From the NCBI GenBank assembly GCA_903830625.1, contig CAIKUK010000009.1, positions 1-49,689 of the forward strand: a stretch of 49,689 nucleotides of DNA, written 5' to 3'. A model generated the notes under the pieces. That model made no database searches. It was given only the letters and a program-made list of their open reading frames with translations, and was not told the origin of the DNA. Both the position numbers and the translations under genes were made by a program. Source of the DNA: Candidatus Yanofskybacteria bacterium. Lineage in GTDB: Bacteria; Patescibacteriota; Minisyncoccia; 2-02-FULL-40-12; GWA2-44-9. Positions 1 to 10,129 of this stretch are shown here, piece after piece; within the stretch, counting starts at the first letter, position 1, and each line of letters begins with the position of its first letter.

Positions 1-58
1 AGTTAATCAAATGCTTTAAAATCTAACATATGTTAGATTTTAAAGCATTTGATTAACT
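1..58. repeat. Perfect 58-bp palindrome at window start
   Basis: 1-29 AGTTAATCAAATGCTTTAAAATCTAACAT is the exact reverse complement of 30-58. Confidence 0.9.
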
Positions 59-77
59 CTGCTCCGAGCAGACCGCG

Positions 78-110
78 CCCGCCTGAATGCTTCAGGCAGT
101 CGGGCGGGTT
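78..110. repeat. REP-like GC-rich hairpin
   Basis: CCCGCCTGAATGCTTCAGGCAGTCGGGCGGG downstream of ctpA. Confidence 0.5.
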
Positions 111-149
111 TCGAAGGGGTCCGGCGGACGAGGAACGACTAAACGGGTA

Positions 150-1385
150 TTACTTCAGAGTATCCAGCGCTTTTTGCAACTGAGGATCAACCGAGAGGTC
201 ACCGAAGATAATATTTTTCTTTTGATCGTCAGTGAGTTCAACTTTAATATCTGGTTCAATGCCTTTGAGCTGGATGTTAATGCCGGCCGGTGTAAACCAC
301 TGAGCCACTGTTACTTTTAATGAAGCGCCGGCATCTAGATTTACCAATTCCTGAACCACGCCTTTGCCGAAGGTCTTCTCGCCGATTAATTTCAAATGTA
401 AATCGTCATGGAGCGCGCCGGCTAAAATTTCCGAAGCTGAAGCCGATCCCCCGTTGACCAAAATAACCGTTTTGTATTTGGCTAGAATAGCATTGCCGTC
501 GGAGGTAAATTGGTTCTTAGTGCCGTCGCCAAAAACTTCGCTGACCACCGGTTGGCCTTTTTCAACAAAATATCCGGCGAGGTTAATGGCGGAATCAAGC
601 AGACCACCCGGATTATTGCGCAAATCAAGAATTATGCCGTCCGCCTTCGGGTTTGATTTTTCTATTTCATCAACGGCTTTTTTAAACTGACTATTAATGT
701 TTTCGTTAAATTCATAGGCCTGAATATAAGCAAAATTCTTGCCGTTCTGGTTTATCATTTTCCAAACAACGGTTGGCACCTTGATGGTTTCTCGGGTAAT
801 AATGATATCGCGAATTTTATTTTCGCTCCCTGAGGAGATGGTGATAGTAACCTTCGTGCCGACTTTGCCTCGGATAATGCTCACTGCTTCTTCAGCCGCA
901 AGGCCTTGAGTCGAAGTGCCGTTTATTTTTAAAATCTTATCGCCCGCCAAAATCCCCGCCCGCGCGGCCGGTGTGTTAGGCAACGGCGCGACGACTGTTA
1001 AAACATTATTTTTAACGCCTATTTCCATACCCACTCCGCCAAAAGCGCCGGAAATTTCTTGCGCGAATTGCTGGGCTTTAACCGGTTCAAAGAAAACCGT
1101 GTATGGGTCGCCGATGGAATTGACCATGCCTTCAACTGCCCCGTAGACCATCTTTTGGACATCCAATTTAGATTTGTCGACATATTTGGCCGAGAGATCG
1201 TTCCAGACTTTCCAGAAAATAGAGAAATCAATATTTTGAACTTTGCCCGTGTCCTGATTGACTAACTGCTGAATGGCGGCGGCCGTGGGCGCATTTTTAT
1301 TCGTATACAAAACTCCGCCCCCAAAACCAAGAGCCAAACAGATGATTATTACCAGTGGCAGCGATAATTTTTTAATCATGTTCAT
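150..1385 (-). CDS. ctpA: Carboxyl-terminal processing protease, S41A family
   Basis: N-terminal TM, PDZ (GVGMEI...PAARAGILAGD), DLRNNPGG, SASASEI, GEKTFGKG motifs. Confidence 0.95.
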   Translation of the reverse strand: MNMIKKLSLPLVIIICLALGFGGGVLYTNKNAPTAAAIQQLVNQDTGKVQNIDFSIFWKVWNDLSAKYVDKSKLDVQKMVYGAVEGMVNSIGDPYTVFFEPVKAQQFAQEISGAFGGVGMEIGVKNNVLTVVAPLPNTPAARAGILAGDKILKINGTSTQGLAAEEAVSIIRGKVGTKVTITISSGSENKIRDIIITRETIKVPTVVWKMINQNGKNFAYIQAYEFNENINSQFKKAVDEIEKSNPKADGIILDLRNNPGGLLDSAINLAGYFVEKGQPVVSEVFGDGTKNQFTSDGNAILAKYKTVILVNGGSASASEILAGALHDDLHLKLIGEKTFGKGVVQELVNLDAGASLKVTVAQWFTPAGINIQLKGIEPDIKVELTDDQKKNIIFGDLSVDPQLQKALDTLK

Positions 1386-1417
1386 TTAAACGTATGACAT
1401 TTTATTTACCCTCTCAC

Positions 1418-2224
1418 TCATGGGTGAGTGTAAGGGCGGATGCCGTTTTTGTAGAAATAACGAATAGCATCGATGATATGCTGTTGAGTTCGACGATTAA
1501 AAATAGCGTCGAGAGCATCAAGCGCGCCGTGCGACTCCCGACGATGATAGTGATACATTTTCGATTCTGGGAAAAATACCACTTGGTATCCATTCTCCCA
1601 GAAGTGGCGCGGCCAGTCAACATCACTCATATATAAATAAAAATGTTCATCCATATATCCGACAGTCTCTATGGCTTTTCTGGAAACCATCAAGGCCGAA
1701 CCCATCAGCCAGTCAACCGGCAGAATTTGGGTCAAATCTTTATCTTTCAGTAAAAATCTATTCAAGATATTTTTTACGAACGGCAGTTTACCCAAAAATG
1801 TTCGGCGGTAAACAATCGTGAATGGCGTATAAAACCGGAAGCATGATTGCTGATTAGAACCATCCATATTCAATAACTGCGGGCCGAGCAGACCGGTTTC
1901 GGGGTGCTTTTTTATATAGACGTATAGTTTTTCAAGGCTTTCGGGTAATGGAATAATATCAGTGTTCATAATGAACATGGCGTCGCCTTTGGCCGCTTTA
2001 AGCCCATGATTAACACCTTTGGTGTAGCCGATATTTTCTTTGAAAGGTAGATAATGAATGTTTGAAAATTCTTCAGTAGCGACAAAGGTCGTGTCGGCAT
2101 CAGTAGCCACGTCAACGACAATTATTTCATGGGAGAATGAATCTGAAATAACACGCTGAAGAGATTTCAAGCACAATCGGAGAAGCGGAGCATTCTTATA
2201 ATTTACAACGACTATGGAAAGCAT
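1418..2224 (-). CDS. GT2 family glycosyltransferase (WbbL-like)
   Basis: MLSIVVVNYK start, IIVVD, ENIGYTKGVN, MNTD, VDWLMGSAL, YMSDVDW; start trimmed to 2224. Confidence 0.9.
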   Translation of the reverse strand: MLSIVVVNYKNAPLLRLCLKSLQRVISDSFSHEIIVVDVATDADTTFVATEEFSNIHYLPFKENIGYTKGVNHGLKAAKGDAMFIMNTDIIPLPESLEKLYVYIKKHPETGLLGPQLLNMDGSNQQSCFRFYTPFTIVYRRTFLGKLPFVKNILNRFLLKDKDLTQILPVDWLMGSALMVSRKAIETVGYMDEHFYLYMSDVDWPRHFWENGYQVVFFPESKMYHYHRRESHGALDALDAIFNRRTQQHIIDAIRYFYKNGIRPYTHP

Positions 2225-2225
2225 T

Positions 2226-3251
2226 TTATTTAATAATATCTTGGAATAATTGTTTAATACCGGCCAATGTGCCGCCTTTGGGAACCAGGATATAAGCGCC
2301 ATTATCTTTGCTTTCAACCACTAGATTGTCGGTAGAAATAACACTTTTTTTGATTTGGTCGAATTTGACCTGATTGGCCAGACTAATATATTCACTGATA
2401 TTCCAAACTCCGACGTCAGTTTTAACATCGTTTCTTATTAAAGCTAAGACCGAAAAACTCTTTAAGGGGTCGCCCAAGAAATTTAGTTTGAGCAGTTTGT
2501 CTTTAATGGCAAAGATGATTTGTTGCTGGCGTCGAGAGCGGTCAAAGTCGCTTGAAGAATATCGGGAACGGGCGTAATAAAGCGCGGTTTGGCCGTCGAG
2601 ATGGTTCACGCCGGCTGGCAAAGAGAATTCGAAACCCCATTGCCCCGATTCCTTAAATGGTGCCGCCAAAGTGACATCGATACCGCCGAGCGCATCAACA
2701 ATTCCTTTGAATGATGAAAAATCAAAAACAACGACGTTATCTATATAGGTGCCAGAGATTTGAGATATTTTGTCTTTAATAAATTGTAAATAATTACCAC
2801 TGTGATAATAACCGTATTCGTAAGCGGAATTTATTTTGTCTTTGGTATTATCGTGGATAGTGACCCACAGATCTCGAGGAATAGAAACGAGCGAAGATTT
2901 TTTGGTGGTCTTATCAAAACTGAACACTTGAATTGAATCGGTCAGCAATGGCCCGCCAATATCCGCACTAGGGTCATCCGCCCCGCGAATACCAAGAATT
3001 AAAATATTGAGGCGGTTAGGGTCTTTGTCGGGCATGGCGTAATCGGGATCTGGTGTCGCAACGGGCAGCAAATGAGCATCATCGTGAGCGACAAACGGAT
3101 TTAAAATTTCGATTTGATGGGTGATGGCGCCAAGATAATATAATCCCAAGGCGATAATCGCGAGCATAATAAAATACCGCAGACGATAGAGGCGACTTCT
3201 TTTTGGCTGGGTTGCGTTCTGGTTTTCCGATGATGTATCAATAGGTTCCAT
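2226..3251 (-). CDS. LCP (LytR-CpsA-Psr) family glycopolymer transferase
   Basis: TM anchor, NILILG, TDSI, SIPRDLWV, KINSAY, YARSR, DFDRSRRQQ. Confidence 0.93.
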   Translation of the reverse strand: MEPIDTSSENQNATQPKRSRLYRLRYFIMLAIIALGLYYLGAITHQIEILNPFVAHDDAHLLPVATPDPDYAMPDKDPNRLNILILGIRGADDPSADIGGPLLTDSIQVFSFDKTTKKSSLVSIPRDLWVTIHDNTKDKINSAYEYGYYHSGNYLQFIKDKISQISGTYIDNVVVFDFSSFKGIVDALGGIDVTLAAPFKESGQWGFEFSLPAGVNHLDGQTALYYARSRYSSSDFDRSRRQQQIIFAIKDKLLKLNFLGDPLKSFSVLALIRNDVKTDVGVWNISEYISLANQVKFDQIKKSVISTDNLVVESKDNGAYILVPKGGTLAGIKQLFQDIIK

Positions 3252-4315
3252 TATAAAAAATAAGAATGAATTTCAGCTGGACTGGCTTGAGCATGCTTCA
3301 TGATTTCTCGGCGCTTTTGAAGCATTCGGGGAATACCCCTGAAGAACCGTGGAATTTCCTTTAGCACTCCCGGTTCAAATAAGACGGCGTAACCAAGAAC
3401 TTCTATTTCACGCCAAATAATGAAGGGTAAATCCTTGAAGATATTGATTATATAATCATTTTTGATTCTTGTCCAGCGGGAATTGCGCCATTCTAGACGC
3501 CTTTTTTGGATAGGAATCTGCTGTCTTATCCCCACTCGACCGATATACCGGAACCAGGAACCCTTGGTGTGGCCCTTAGTGGTGCCTCGGTCATGCCAAG
3601 CAATGACATTGGGAATGAACATTTGTTTCCAGCCAGCTAAATGAATACGCCAAGCGACATCTAGGTCTTCGCCGTACCAGAACAAGTCATGGTCAGCGAT
3701 TTCTCCGAAGACACGGATACTTTCCAGAGCTTCTTTTCTGAATATCGGCACCGCGCCCTCCACGCCGAATATTTCACGGGCTGAACCGAATTGCACTCGG
3801 TCTGGTTCGCCGTGACCGATATTTTTTATTCGACGAGAGCGGTCTATTTTAAATCCGCAAGTATCTATTACCCCGCCAATTTTCAATTTAAAATTTTCAA
3901 TTTCCAAATCCTGAACATTGAATTGGTATATTTTCCCCTGGATTGCTCCCAATTTTAAATCATTGTCCATGGCCCGAACCGTATTTAAAATAAAATCTTT
4001 TTCCAGAATCACATCCACCGACAGAACCACGACATATTTTCCTTCGGACTGATTTAAAAGTTCTTCCTGTCCGATCCACATACCAAAGTTTAATTTTGAT
4101 TCAACAAAATTAAACTTTGCAAATCCTGAATTTAAAATTTTAAATTTAAAATTACTGATAATACTTTTTGTATTATCAGTGGAGCCGTTATCCAGAATAT
4201 TGATTTCAATATTCTCATGCGGATACGATTGCGCCAGAATGGATTCTAAACAGCGGCGGATATATTTTTCGCCGTTAAGAACGACCAAGTTAATGGAAAC
4301 GATGGAATTAGCCAT
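3251..4315 (-). CDS. GT2 family glycosyltransferase
   Basis: SINLVVLNGEKYIRRCLESI, LDNGSTD, YGEDLDVAWR; start trimmed to MANSIV. Confidence 0.9.
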   Translation of the reverse strand: MANSIVSINLVVLNGEKYIRRCLESILAQSYPHENIEINILDNGSTDNTKSIISNFKFKILNSGFAKFNFVESKLNFGMWIGQEELLNQSEGKYVVVLSVDVILEKDFILNTVRAMDNDLKLGAIQGKIYQFNVQDLEIENFKLKIGGVIDTCGFKIDRSRRIKNIGHGEPDRVQFGSAREIFGVEGAVPIFRKEALESIRVFGEIADHDLFWYGEDLDVAWRIHLAGWKQMFIPNVIAWHDRGTTKGHTKGSWFRYIGRVGIRQQIPIQKRRLEWRNSRWTRIKNDYIINIFKDLPFIIWREIEVLGYAVLFEPGVLKEIPRFFRGIPRMLQKRREIMKHAQASPAEIHSYFL

Positions 4316-5876
4316 GGACGTGCGGACGAGTCGCCACGATGGCCAGGGTCGCGACACAAAGAAGCAAAGCCCGTTCGTCAAAGATAGCCACGTCGGTCAT
4401 TAAGTAAACCAAAACCCAGGGCAACGTAATTAATAGTCCGCCAAAATAAGCCTGATATATCGGCTCCGAGGATTTTACGAATCGGTCATATGTTCGTTTC
4501 AGCACCAGCCATAAGAACCAAATAAAAGCCAACAATGCCGGCAGACCCATCTCCGCCGCCACTTGCAGATAAATATTATGCGCCGATGAACCAGCTTTGC
4601 TTAATTGAATATTCTGGCCGAGAACAACGGGGAAATTCCCGATGCCGATACCGACCAGCGGATTATGTTTGATTGAAACCAGGCTCTTATTCCAAATTTC
4701 CAGGCGTTGCTTAATAGACGTTTCGTTAAAATCCAGAATTGATCTTAATCGTTGTTCCATCAACAACGAGTTGCCCTTCGAGACCAAAAATTGAGGTGAA
4801 GCCAAAATAGGATAAGCCACGGCGAACAATAAGAAGAAAATAACCAGATAATAGGATAGATAATTAAAAATATTGATATGTGCCCGGCCAGCTTTGGTAT
4901 GACGCATGTAAACAAGCGCCAAAATAACCCAGAACACCATGGCCACCCCGCCGGCCCAGATACCTCGGGTACCCGAGAGAATAAGCATTAAAAAGATAAG
5001 CGGAATCCAAAGCACAGCTATTTTCCCGCGAGTAAACAACATGTCACGCATCTTGGCCGCTTGGCCGAGCGGCTTGATTAGCGTCCAGGCAAAGAATGCG
5101 GGCAGACCGAGCAATAAGAAAATTGGGAAGGAATGAGAATCCGGGAAAAGCGAAAATACCCGAAGCGAGAGCTGGTCTCCGAAATACGCGAACCAGGTGT
5201 TGCCGACGTGAGTGGCAATATACGACCACATCGTGCCGAATTCGCGCATCTGAATCCCCTCGCCCCAGACTCTCATGAACTGATAAATATCCATGAAATA
5301 AGTGGCCACCACTTGGGCTACGCCGACTAGTACCACGATAATGACGGGAATAGTAATGTTTTTAATGAGCCGTTTAATAAAGGCTTCGCTTCTGGCCGGA
5401 AAAGAAATGACAATACCGATAAGACCGGCATTGAAGAAATAAATAATCCGTTTCAGGCCTTCAATCTTGTCTGGCGCATACAATAAAGACAACAAACTAA
5501 GCCAGAACAAAACTTTAAGGATAGTTGACCAAGGGAATTCTTTAACCACCAGCCAAGGTTTTCTGAGAAATAGAATTAATGCCGTACCGACGTAATGCCA
5601 TGTTTCCCAAGTAAAAATCCACTTTAAAAATAAAATTATCGCCAGAATCCGCCATTGGTTTAAATTGTCATAATTTGCTGTCAGTGGAATGGCGATGAAA
5701 AGAGGAATGGAACGGACGAAAAATATCAGCCCGTCTTCCACGGAAGCGAACAGGAAATATAACACTAATAGACCCGTTTCATATAAAACGAGTTCGCGAG
5801 GAAGTTTACCGACTAAAATCAGTCCAACGAAGACCAGATGAAAAATAAAAAGCGGATTCAGTAATTTCTTAATCAT
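4308..5876 (-). CDS. O-antigen ligase/polymerase (Wzy_C/WaaL-like) membrane protein
   Basis: Multi-TM; LSGTRG, RLEIW, PLVGIGIGNF, AHNIYLQVAAEMG. Confidence 0.88.
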   Translation of the reverse strand: MIKKLLNPLFIFHLVFVGLILVGKLPRELVLYETGLLVLYFLFASVEDGLIFFVRSIPLFIAIPLTANYDNLNQWRILAIILFLKWIFTWETWHYVGTALILFLRKPWLVVKEFPWSTILKVLFWLSLLSLLYAPDKIEGLKRIIYFFNAGLIGIVISFPARSEAFIKRLIKNITIPVIIVVLVGVAQVVATYFMDIYQFMRVWGEGIQMREFGTMWSYIATHVGNTWFAYFGDQLSLRVFSLFPDSHSFPIFLLLGLPAFFAWTLIKPLGQAAKMRDMLFTRGKIAVLWIPLIFLMLILSGTRGIWAGGVAMVFWVILALVYMRHTKAGRAHINIFNYLSYYLVIFFLLFAVAYPILASPQFLVSKGNSLLMEQRLRSILDFNETSIKQRLEIWNKSLVSIKHNPLVGIGIGNFPVVLGQNIQLSKAGSSAHNIYLQVAAEMGLPALLAFIWFLWLVLKRTYDRFVKSSEPIYQAYFGGLLITLPWVLVYLMTDVAIFDERALLLCVATLAIVATRPHVHG

Positions 5877-7869
5877 GATGGATCGTGGATTTAATCATTT
5901 CCATAAATCTGCCAGTGTGAGCCGACCAAGTGTAACGACGAATGATTTCAGGCGCGTGTTCTTTTATTTTCTCACGGAGCGACGAATTTGTCATGGCTTC
6001 GCGGAGAATATCTGCGGTCGCATCAACCGAATCGGGATTGGCCACATAGAAAGCGTACTCGCCGAATATTTCCCGGCTTAGCGCATTATCGGCCACCACC
6101 GGCACGCTTCCCTGGGCCAAACCTTCAAGCGGAGGCAACCCGAAAGCTTCCCGCGACGAGACGTAGATGATAGCTAAAGCATGGCTGTAGAGCTGAATTA
6201 ATTCTTCATGACTGACGCGTTCATACCACGTCACCCGCCCTGCTCCCAATCGGAAATTAATCTCTTGGCGAAGCTGTCTGATTTTTGGCGGATTGTATTT
6301 ATCCGGTCCAACGACGATGAATTTTAAACCAGGAAAGTCGGGCGCAAGCTTCTCAAAGGCCCGCAATGCTTCTTCCAGATGGCGCCGTGGAAAAGCCTGG
6401 CCAACGAATAAAAGATACCGGCCATGGTGATTCTCTCCGGCCGGTTGCGGCGTATCAACGCCCAATGGATTTACAAAAATACGTTTGGGTTCAATATCAA
6501 ATAATTTCGCCAGTTCTTTCTTTGATGTGGCCGAGATAGCCATTATTTTGTTTGCCCGCCAGGTGGCCCAGGTGGCAAAAACCCGATAGGCCAAACGATG
6601 TTCGAGCCGCTGCTGTTTGGAACGCATCTCATAATAAATATCTTCGGTCAGCATGACCACGGAACGGCCGAAGAAAATAATCGGCAGCATGTAGTTCGGA
6701 AAGAACATCACGTCCAGCCGTTCAAACCAGAGCTGTATCGGCAGAAGGACAAAATAATAAGCGACGAATGATTTGTGCCGGAAAGGCTGGTCAATAATTT
6801 TTTTGCGGAAGATAGGATTATCCAAAAAAGGCAAATCGGGGATTTTTTCTTTAAAATAAAGATGGAATTCGAAATCCTGTTTCAGCTCGGGCCGAGCGGC
6901 GATATTTTCCAGAAGTTTGGTGATAATCTTTCCCACACCCCAAATCTCGTCTTCAATTTGTTCGCACTCAATGCCGACTTTGATTTTTTTAGAGATATAA
7001 CCCATTCTCTCCTGATAAAAATCAATCACACCGGCCATAATCGCCCGCGATTCGGCGGGATGAATGTTGGCCATTAATTTAAAAAATTGTTTGGCAAAAA
7101 TAAAAATACTCCAGAAGATAGTCAGGACTTTAAATAATAGCGGCGCATTTTTGAAATTAAAATAAAGCGCGTTACGGTAGTGATAACGCAAAAGCAACGG
7201 CGAACCCAGCTTGCCGGTGGTGCTGGAAACAGCATGATGGATTATCGGTTCGCTGAGAAATTCTACCGGCACATTTTCTTGGCGGGCTTTTTCGGCGTAA
7301 TCGGCGTCTTCAAAATATAAGAAATATTTTTTATCCAGCCCGCCCAATTTGACATAAGCCTCTTTGGAAATAACCAATCCTCCGCCAACTGGATACAAAT
7401 TTTCTTCATCCCCGCTCACCTTTTCATAAACATGTTCCAGGGTCGGTTTGAGCCAGTCAATTCGGCCGGCATAGGCCGTTCGGCCACCCTCATTCAGGGG
7501 CAGGCCAACGATACCCTTTTTGGGGCCTAAATTGGCTTTAAGACGAGCGATAAAGTCCGATTCAACCCAAGTGTCGTTATTAATCAAAACGGCCCAATCT
7601 GCTTGCCCTGAGCTTGCCGAATGGGCCTCGTTTTTGAAGGCTTGGGCTAAAGTTGGATTATTGCCTCCGGCAAAGCCTAAATTAGCCCCATTTCTGATGA
7701 TTTTAATGGGCTTATTAGTACAATAATCCTGAAGCTGTTGAACGTCTTCGGAACCATTATCAGCCACTATAATAGAGAAATCGGAGTCGGTTTGATTTTG
7801 GAGTGATTCTAAGAGTTTAATAGTGCTTTCCGCACCATTGTAATTTAGAGTAACGAGAGTGATTTTCAC
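5869..7869 (-). CDS. Bifunctional GT2-GT4 glycosyltransferase fusion
   Basis: N-terminal GT2 (DNGS, NLGFAGGNN, INND, YFEDAD); C-terminal GT4 (EAFGLPPLEGLAQG). Confidence 0.88.
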   Translation of the reverse strand: MKITLVTLNYNGAESTIKLLESLQNQTDSDFSIIVADNGSEDVQQLQDYCTNKPIKIIRNGANLGFAGGNNPTLAQAFKNEAHSASSGQADWAVLINNDTWVESDFIARLKANLGPKKGIVGLPLNEGGRTAYAGRIDWLKPTLEHVYEKVSGDEENLYPVGGGLVISKEAYVKLGGLDKKYFLYFEDADYAEKARQENVPVEFLSEPIIHHAVSSTTGKLGSPLLLRYHYRNALYFNFKNAPLLFKVLTIFWSIFIFAKQFFKLMANIHPAESRAIMAGVIDFYQERMGYISKKIKVGIECEQIEDEIWGVGKIITKLLENIAARPELKQDFEFHLYFKEKIPDLPFLDNPIFRKKIIDQPFRHKSFVAYYFVLLPIQLWFERLDVMFFPNYMLPIIFFGRSVVMLTEDIYYEMRSKQQRLEHRLAYRVFATWATWRANKIMAISATSKKELAKLFDIEPKRIFVNPLGVDTPQPAGENHHGRYLLFVGQAFPRRHLEEALRAFEKLAPDFPGLKFIVVGPDKYNPPKIRQLRQEINFRLGAGRVTWYERVSHEELIQLYSHALAIIYVSSREAFGLPPLEGLAQGSVPVVADNALSREIFGEYAFYVANPDSVDATADILREAMTNSSLREKIKEHAPEIIRRYTWSAHTGRFMEMIKSTIHHD
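7601..7626. repeat. REP-like palindrome inserted in-frame in GT2 domain
   Basis: GCCCTGAGCTTGCCGAATGGGC encodes AHSASSGQA just before the DWAVLINND motif. Confidence 0.6.
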
Positions 7870-7893
7870 TACGATATTCTAGCAAAAATCGGC

Positions 7894-9486
7894 CTAACCT
7901 TCAATAACTCCGAGTTTAACCAGACGTGAGAGAATAGCTCCGTTTTTACGGCCAAAAACTTTGGCCAGCTTGGCAATGCTCCGGTCTTGAGAAAACCTTC
8001 TGATTAACTCCTCATCCTGTTCTTCGTCCCAAGGCCGATACGCATTTGGGTGTGTTTCTCGGATAGTGTCATATCCTGAACCGACTTTAACCGGCTTGGT
8101 TTCTTGTTGATTTAATATGGAATCAACCTGGCCGTCGCAGGCCAATATAAAATTATCCTGTCTTTTTTGAATTTCTTTTTTGGATAAATCTGCAAATTCT
8201 TTTTGAGCCGTGCTAGAAGCCAATTGGAATTCTTTTTCCTTATCAATCACGTCCGGATGGACTTGGAAAGCTTTTTGATTCCAGCCGATGAGATGCACAC
8301 CGGATAATCGGCGAACGCGGGACAAGGCCACATAGCCCTGGCCGTATTCAAAGACTTCACTTAAATCCATCACCGCTTCGTCCAAGCTCATACCCTGGCT
8401 CTTGTGCACTGTGATCGCCCACGCCAAACGCAATGGGAATTGGGTGATACTGGCTTTATGTTCTCCACCTTCTTCAATCGCCCAATCCATCGGCTCGGCG
8501 GTGATGAGTTGGCCGGCGCGAGTGCGAATCATGGGGTAGTTGTCATCTTCGCGAAAACCTTCCACCACACCTAGCGTGCCATTCACGAATCCGGCCCGCG
8601 GATTATTCTTGGTGAACATCACTGATGCGCCAATTTTTAAATTTAAAAATTCCGGAGACAAACAGCCTTTGGCTAGCGTCACCACCAATTTTGCCGGGCC
8701 GTAAGAACGCATTTTGAATTCTCTTGATTCGCCCGGCAATTGTGAAAGCATGTCTTTGTTCACCAAGTCCACATCCACATTGTGAGAAAAAAGTTTGGGC
8801 GCGTCGTGGGGCACTTTATCATAAGTTGTGCGCCGGCTTTCAATATGCTCAACGTGTTTCATGCCAAAAGTATTATCGCGGATAGCCGACAACACACCCA
8901 GATAATCTTTGTCGTCTTGGCGGTGCTGTTCGGTCAGATAACAAGTCGCCGGATGGGCTCTGGTCCAAGCGGAAGAATCATAAGCAAAGCGCGCTTCCGG
9001 TTCATCAAGTAAAACAATTTGGTCAGGGTCGTCTTCGTTTTTGCGTCTGATAATCGGCGGTAGCTGAAAAAAGTCGCCCACTAAAACAACCTGCAAACCG
9101 CCGAAAGGTTCATAGTTTTGGCGGGCTTCACGGCAAACGGCTTCCACCATCGCCAGCGTCGCCGGCGCCAGCATAGACACTTCATCAATAATTAAAACTT
9201 TGGTCCCGCGCATTCTTTTTCCTATATGTTTACTAGACGCAATATGGCGAATGTCTCCGATATCTAAGCTGGTGTGAATACCAATCCCGCTCCAAGAATG
9301 AATGGTCATGCCACCGATATGCGTCGCGGCAATGCCGGTGGAAGCAGTGATGGCTGGTTCAATGCCATGGGTACGCAAATACTGCACGTACTCGTTGACG
9401 ATGTAGCTCTTGCCTGAGCCCGGTTCTCCGGTCAAAAAAACATTCGCCCCGGTCTTTAAAATTGTCAGCGCTTCGTTCTGTGTCAT
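7894..9486 (-). CDS. PIF1/RecD-like SF1B DNA helicase with C-terminal HTH-like tail
   Basis: GEPGSGKS, DEVSM, GDFFQLPP, QFPLRLAWAITVHKSQG, YVALSR. Confidence 0.9.
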   Translation of the reverse strand: MTQNEALTILKTGANVFLTGEPGSGKSYIVNEYVQYLRTHGIEPAITASTGIAATHIGGMTIHSWSGIGIHTSLDIGDIRHIASSKHIGKRMRGTKVLIIDEVSMLAPATLAMVEAVCREARQNYEPFGGLQVVLVGDFFQLPPIIRRKNEDDPDQIVLLDEPEARFAYDSSAWTRAHPATCYLTEQHRQDDKDYLGVLSAIRDNTFGMKHVEHIESRRTTYDKVPHDAPKLFSHNVDVDLVNKDMLSQLPGESREFKMRSYGPAKLVVTLAKGCLSPEFLNLKIGASVMFTKNNPRAGFVNGTLGVVEGFREDDNYPMIRTRAGQLITAEPMDWAIEEGGEHKASITQFPLRLAWAITVHKSQGMSLDEAVMDLSEVFEYGQGYVALSRVRRLSGVHLIGWNQKAFQVHPDVIDKEKEFQLASSTAQKEFADLSKKEIQKRQDNFILACDGQVDSILNQQETKPVKVGSGYDTIRETHPNAYRPWDEEQDEELIRRFSQDRSIAKLAKVFGRKNGAILSRLVKLGVIEG

Positions 9487-9612
9487 TTTGGGATTGTATT
9501 AACGGGTTGATTATACAATTCCAAAAAGTCTTTGGCTAATCAAAAAAGAAAAACGGGGGTCGTCGCAGAAGCTCGCGCTTCTTTGAACAAATCCCCCGTC
9601 ATGGGCCGCCGG

Positions 9613-10074
9613 CTACTCCACGTAGTCCCGGCTCGGGTCGGCGTGAATCTTCACCATCGCTTCGATACAGAGCGCCTGGTATGCTGCGGCGACACAGTTG
9701 GCGATCATCTCATCAAAGTATGACTGGACCCCCGACACGCCCACAGGAATGCCGTTGAAATTGACGCCACCGGCGTGCTTTGTGTCGCCCACCATTAATC
9801 GGTGTGGTTCCAATTGCGCGACATGGCGACTACTGAGACCGCTGCGCCCAGCAAGACAAGCCTTGTGGAGAGCCAGCCTGTGGTAATCATGTTCCCATTT
9901 TCCCTCATCCCCCAAAGACTTCTGGCCCAGAATATTGCCCTCCAGAGGGTCGAGGATCACGATTGCCAGATCGCCGCGCTTGACGACCCCATCTGTGACC
10001 AACTTCTCAATCATCGGCAGAACCATCAGGATTGCACGTTGAGCCATATCCGGTGCCAAAAGAACGCTTACCAT
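9613..10074 (-). CDS. Hypothetical protein, possibly GlcG/HbpS-like heme-binding fold
   Basis: SD GGAGG before ATG; GGVNFNGIPVGVSG...D resembles GlcG C-terminus; downstream hairpin plus T-tract. Confidence 0.55.
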   Translation of the reverse strand: MVSVLLAPDMAQRAILMVLPMIEKLVTDGVVKRGDLAIVILDPLEGNILGQKSLGDEGKWEHDYHRLALHKACLAGRSGLSSRHVAQLEPHRLMVGDTKHAGGVNFNGIPVGVSGVQSYFDEMIANCVAAAYQALCIEAMVKIHADPSRDYVE

Positions 10075-10129
10075 CCGTCACCTCCAGTAGTCATTATTCT
10101 ACATTATTTGCGAAAAAAGTAAAGCCGAA

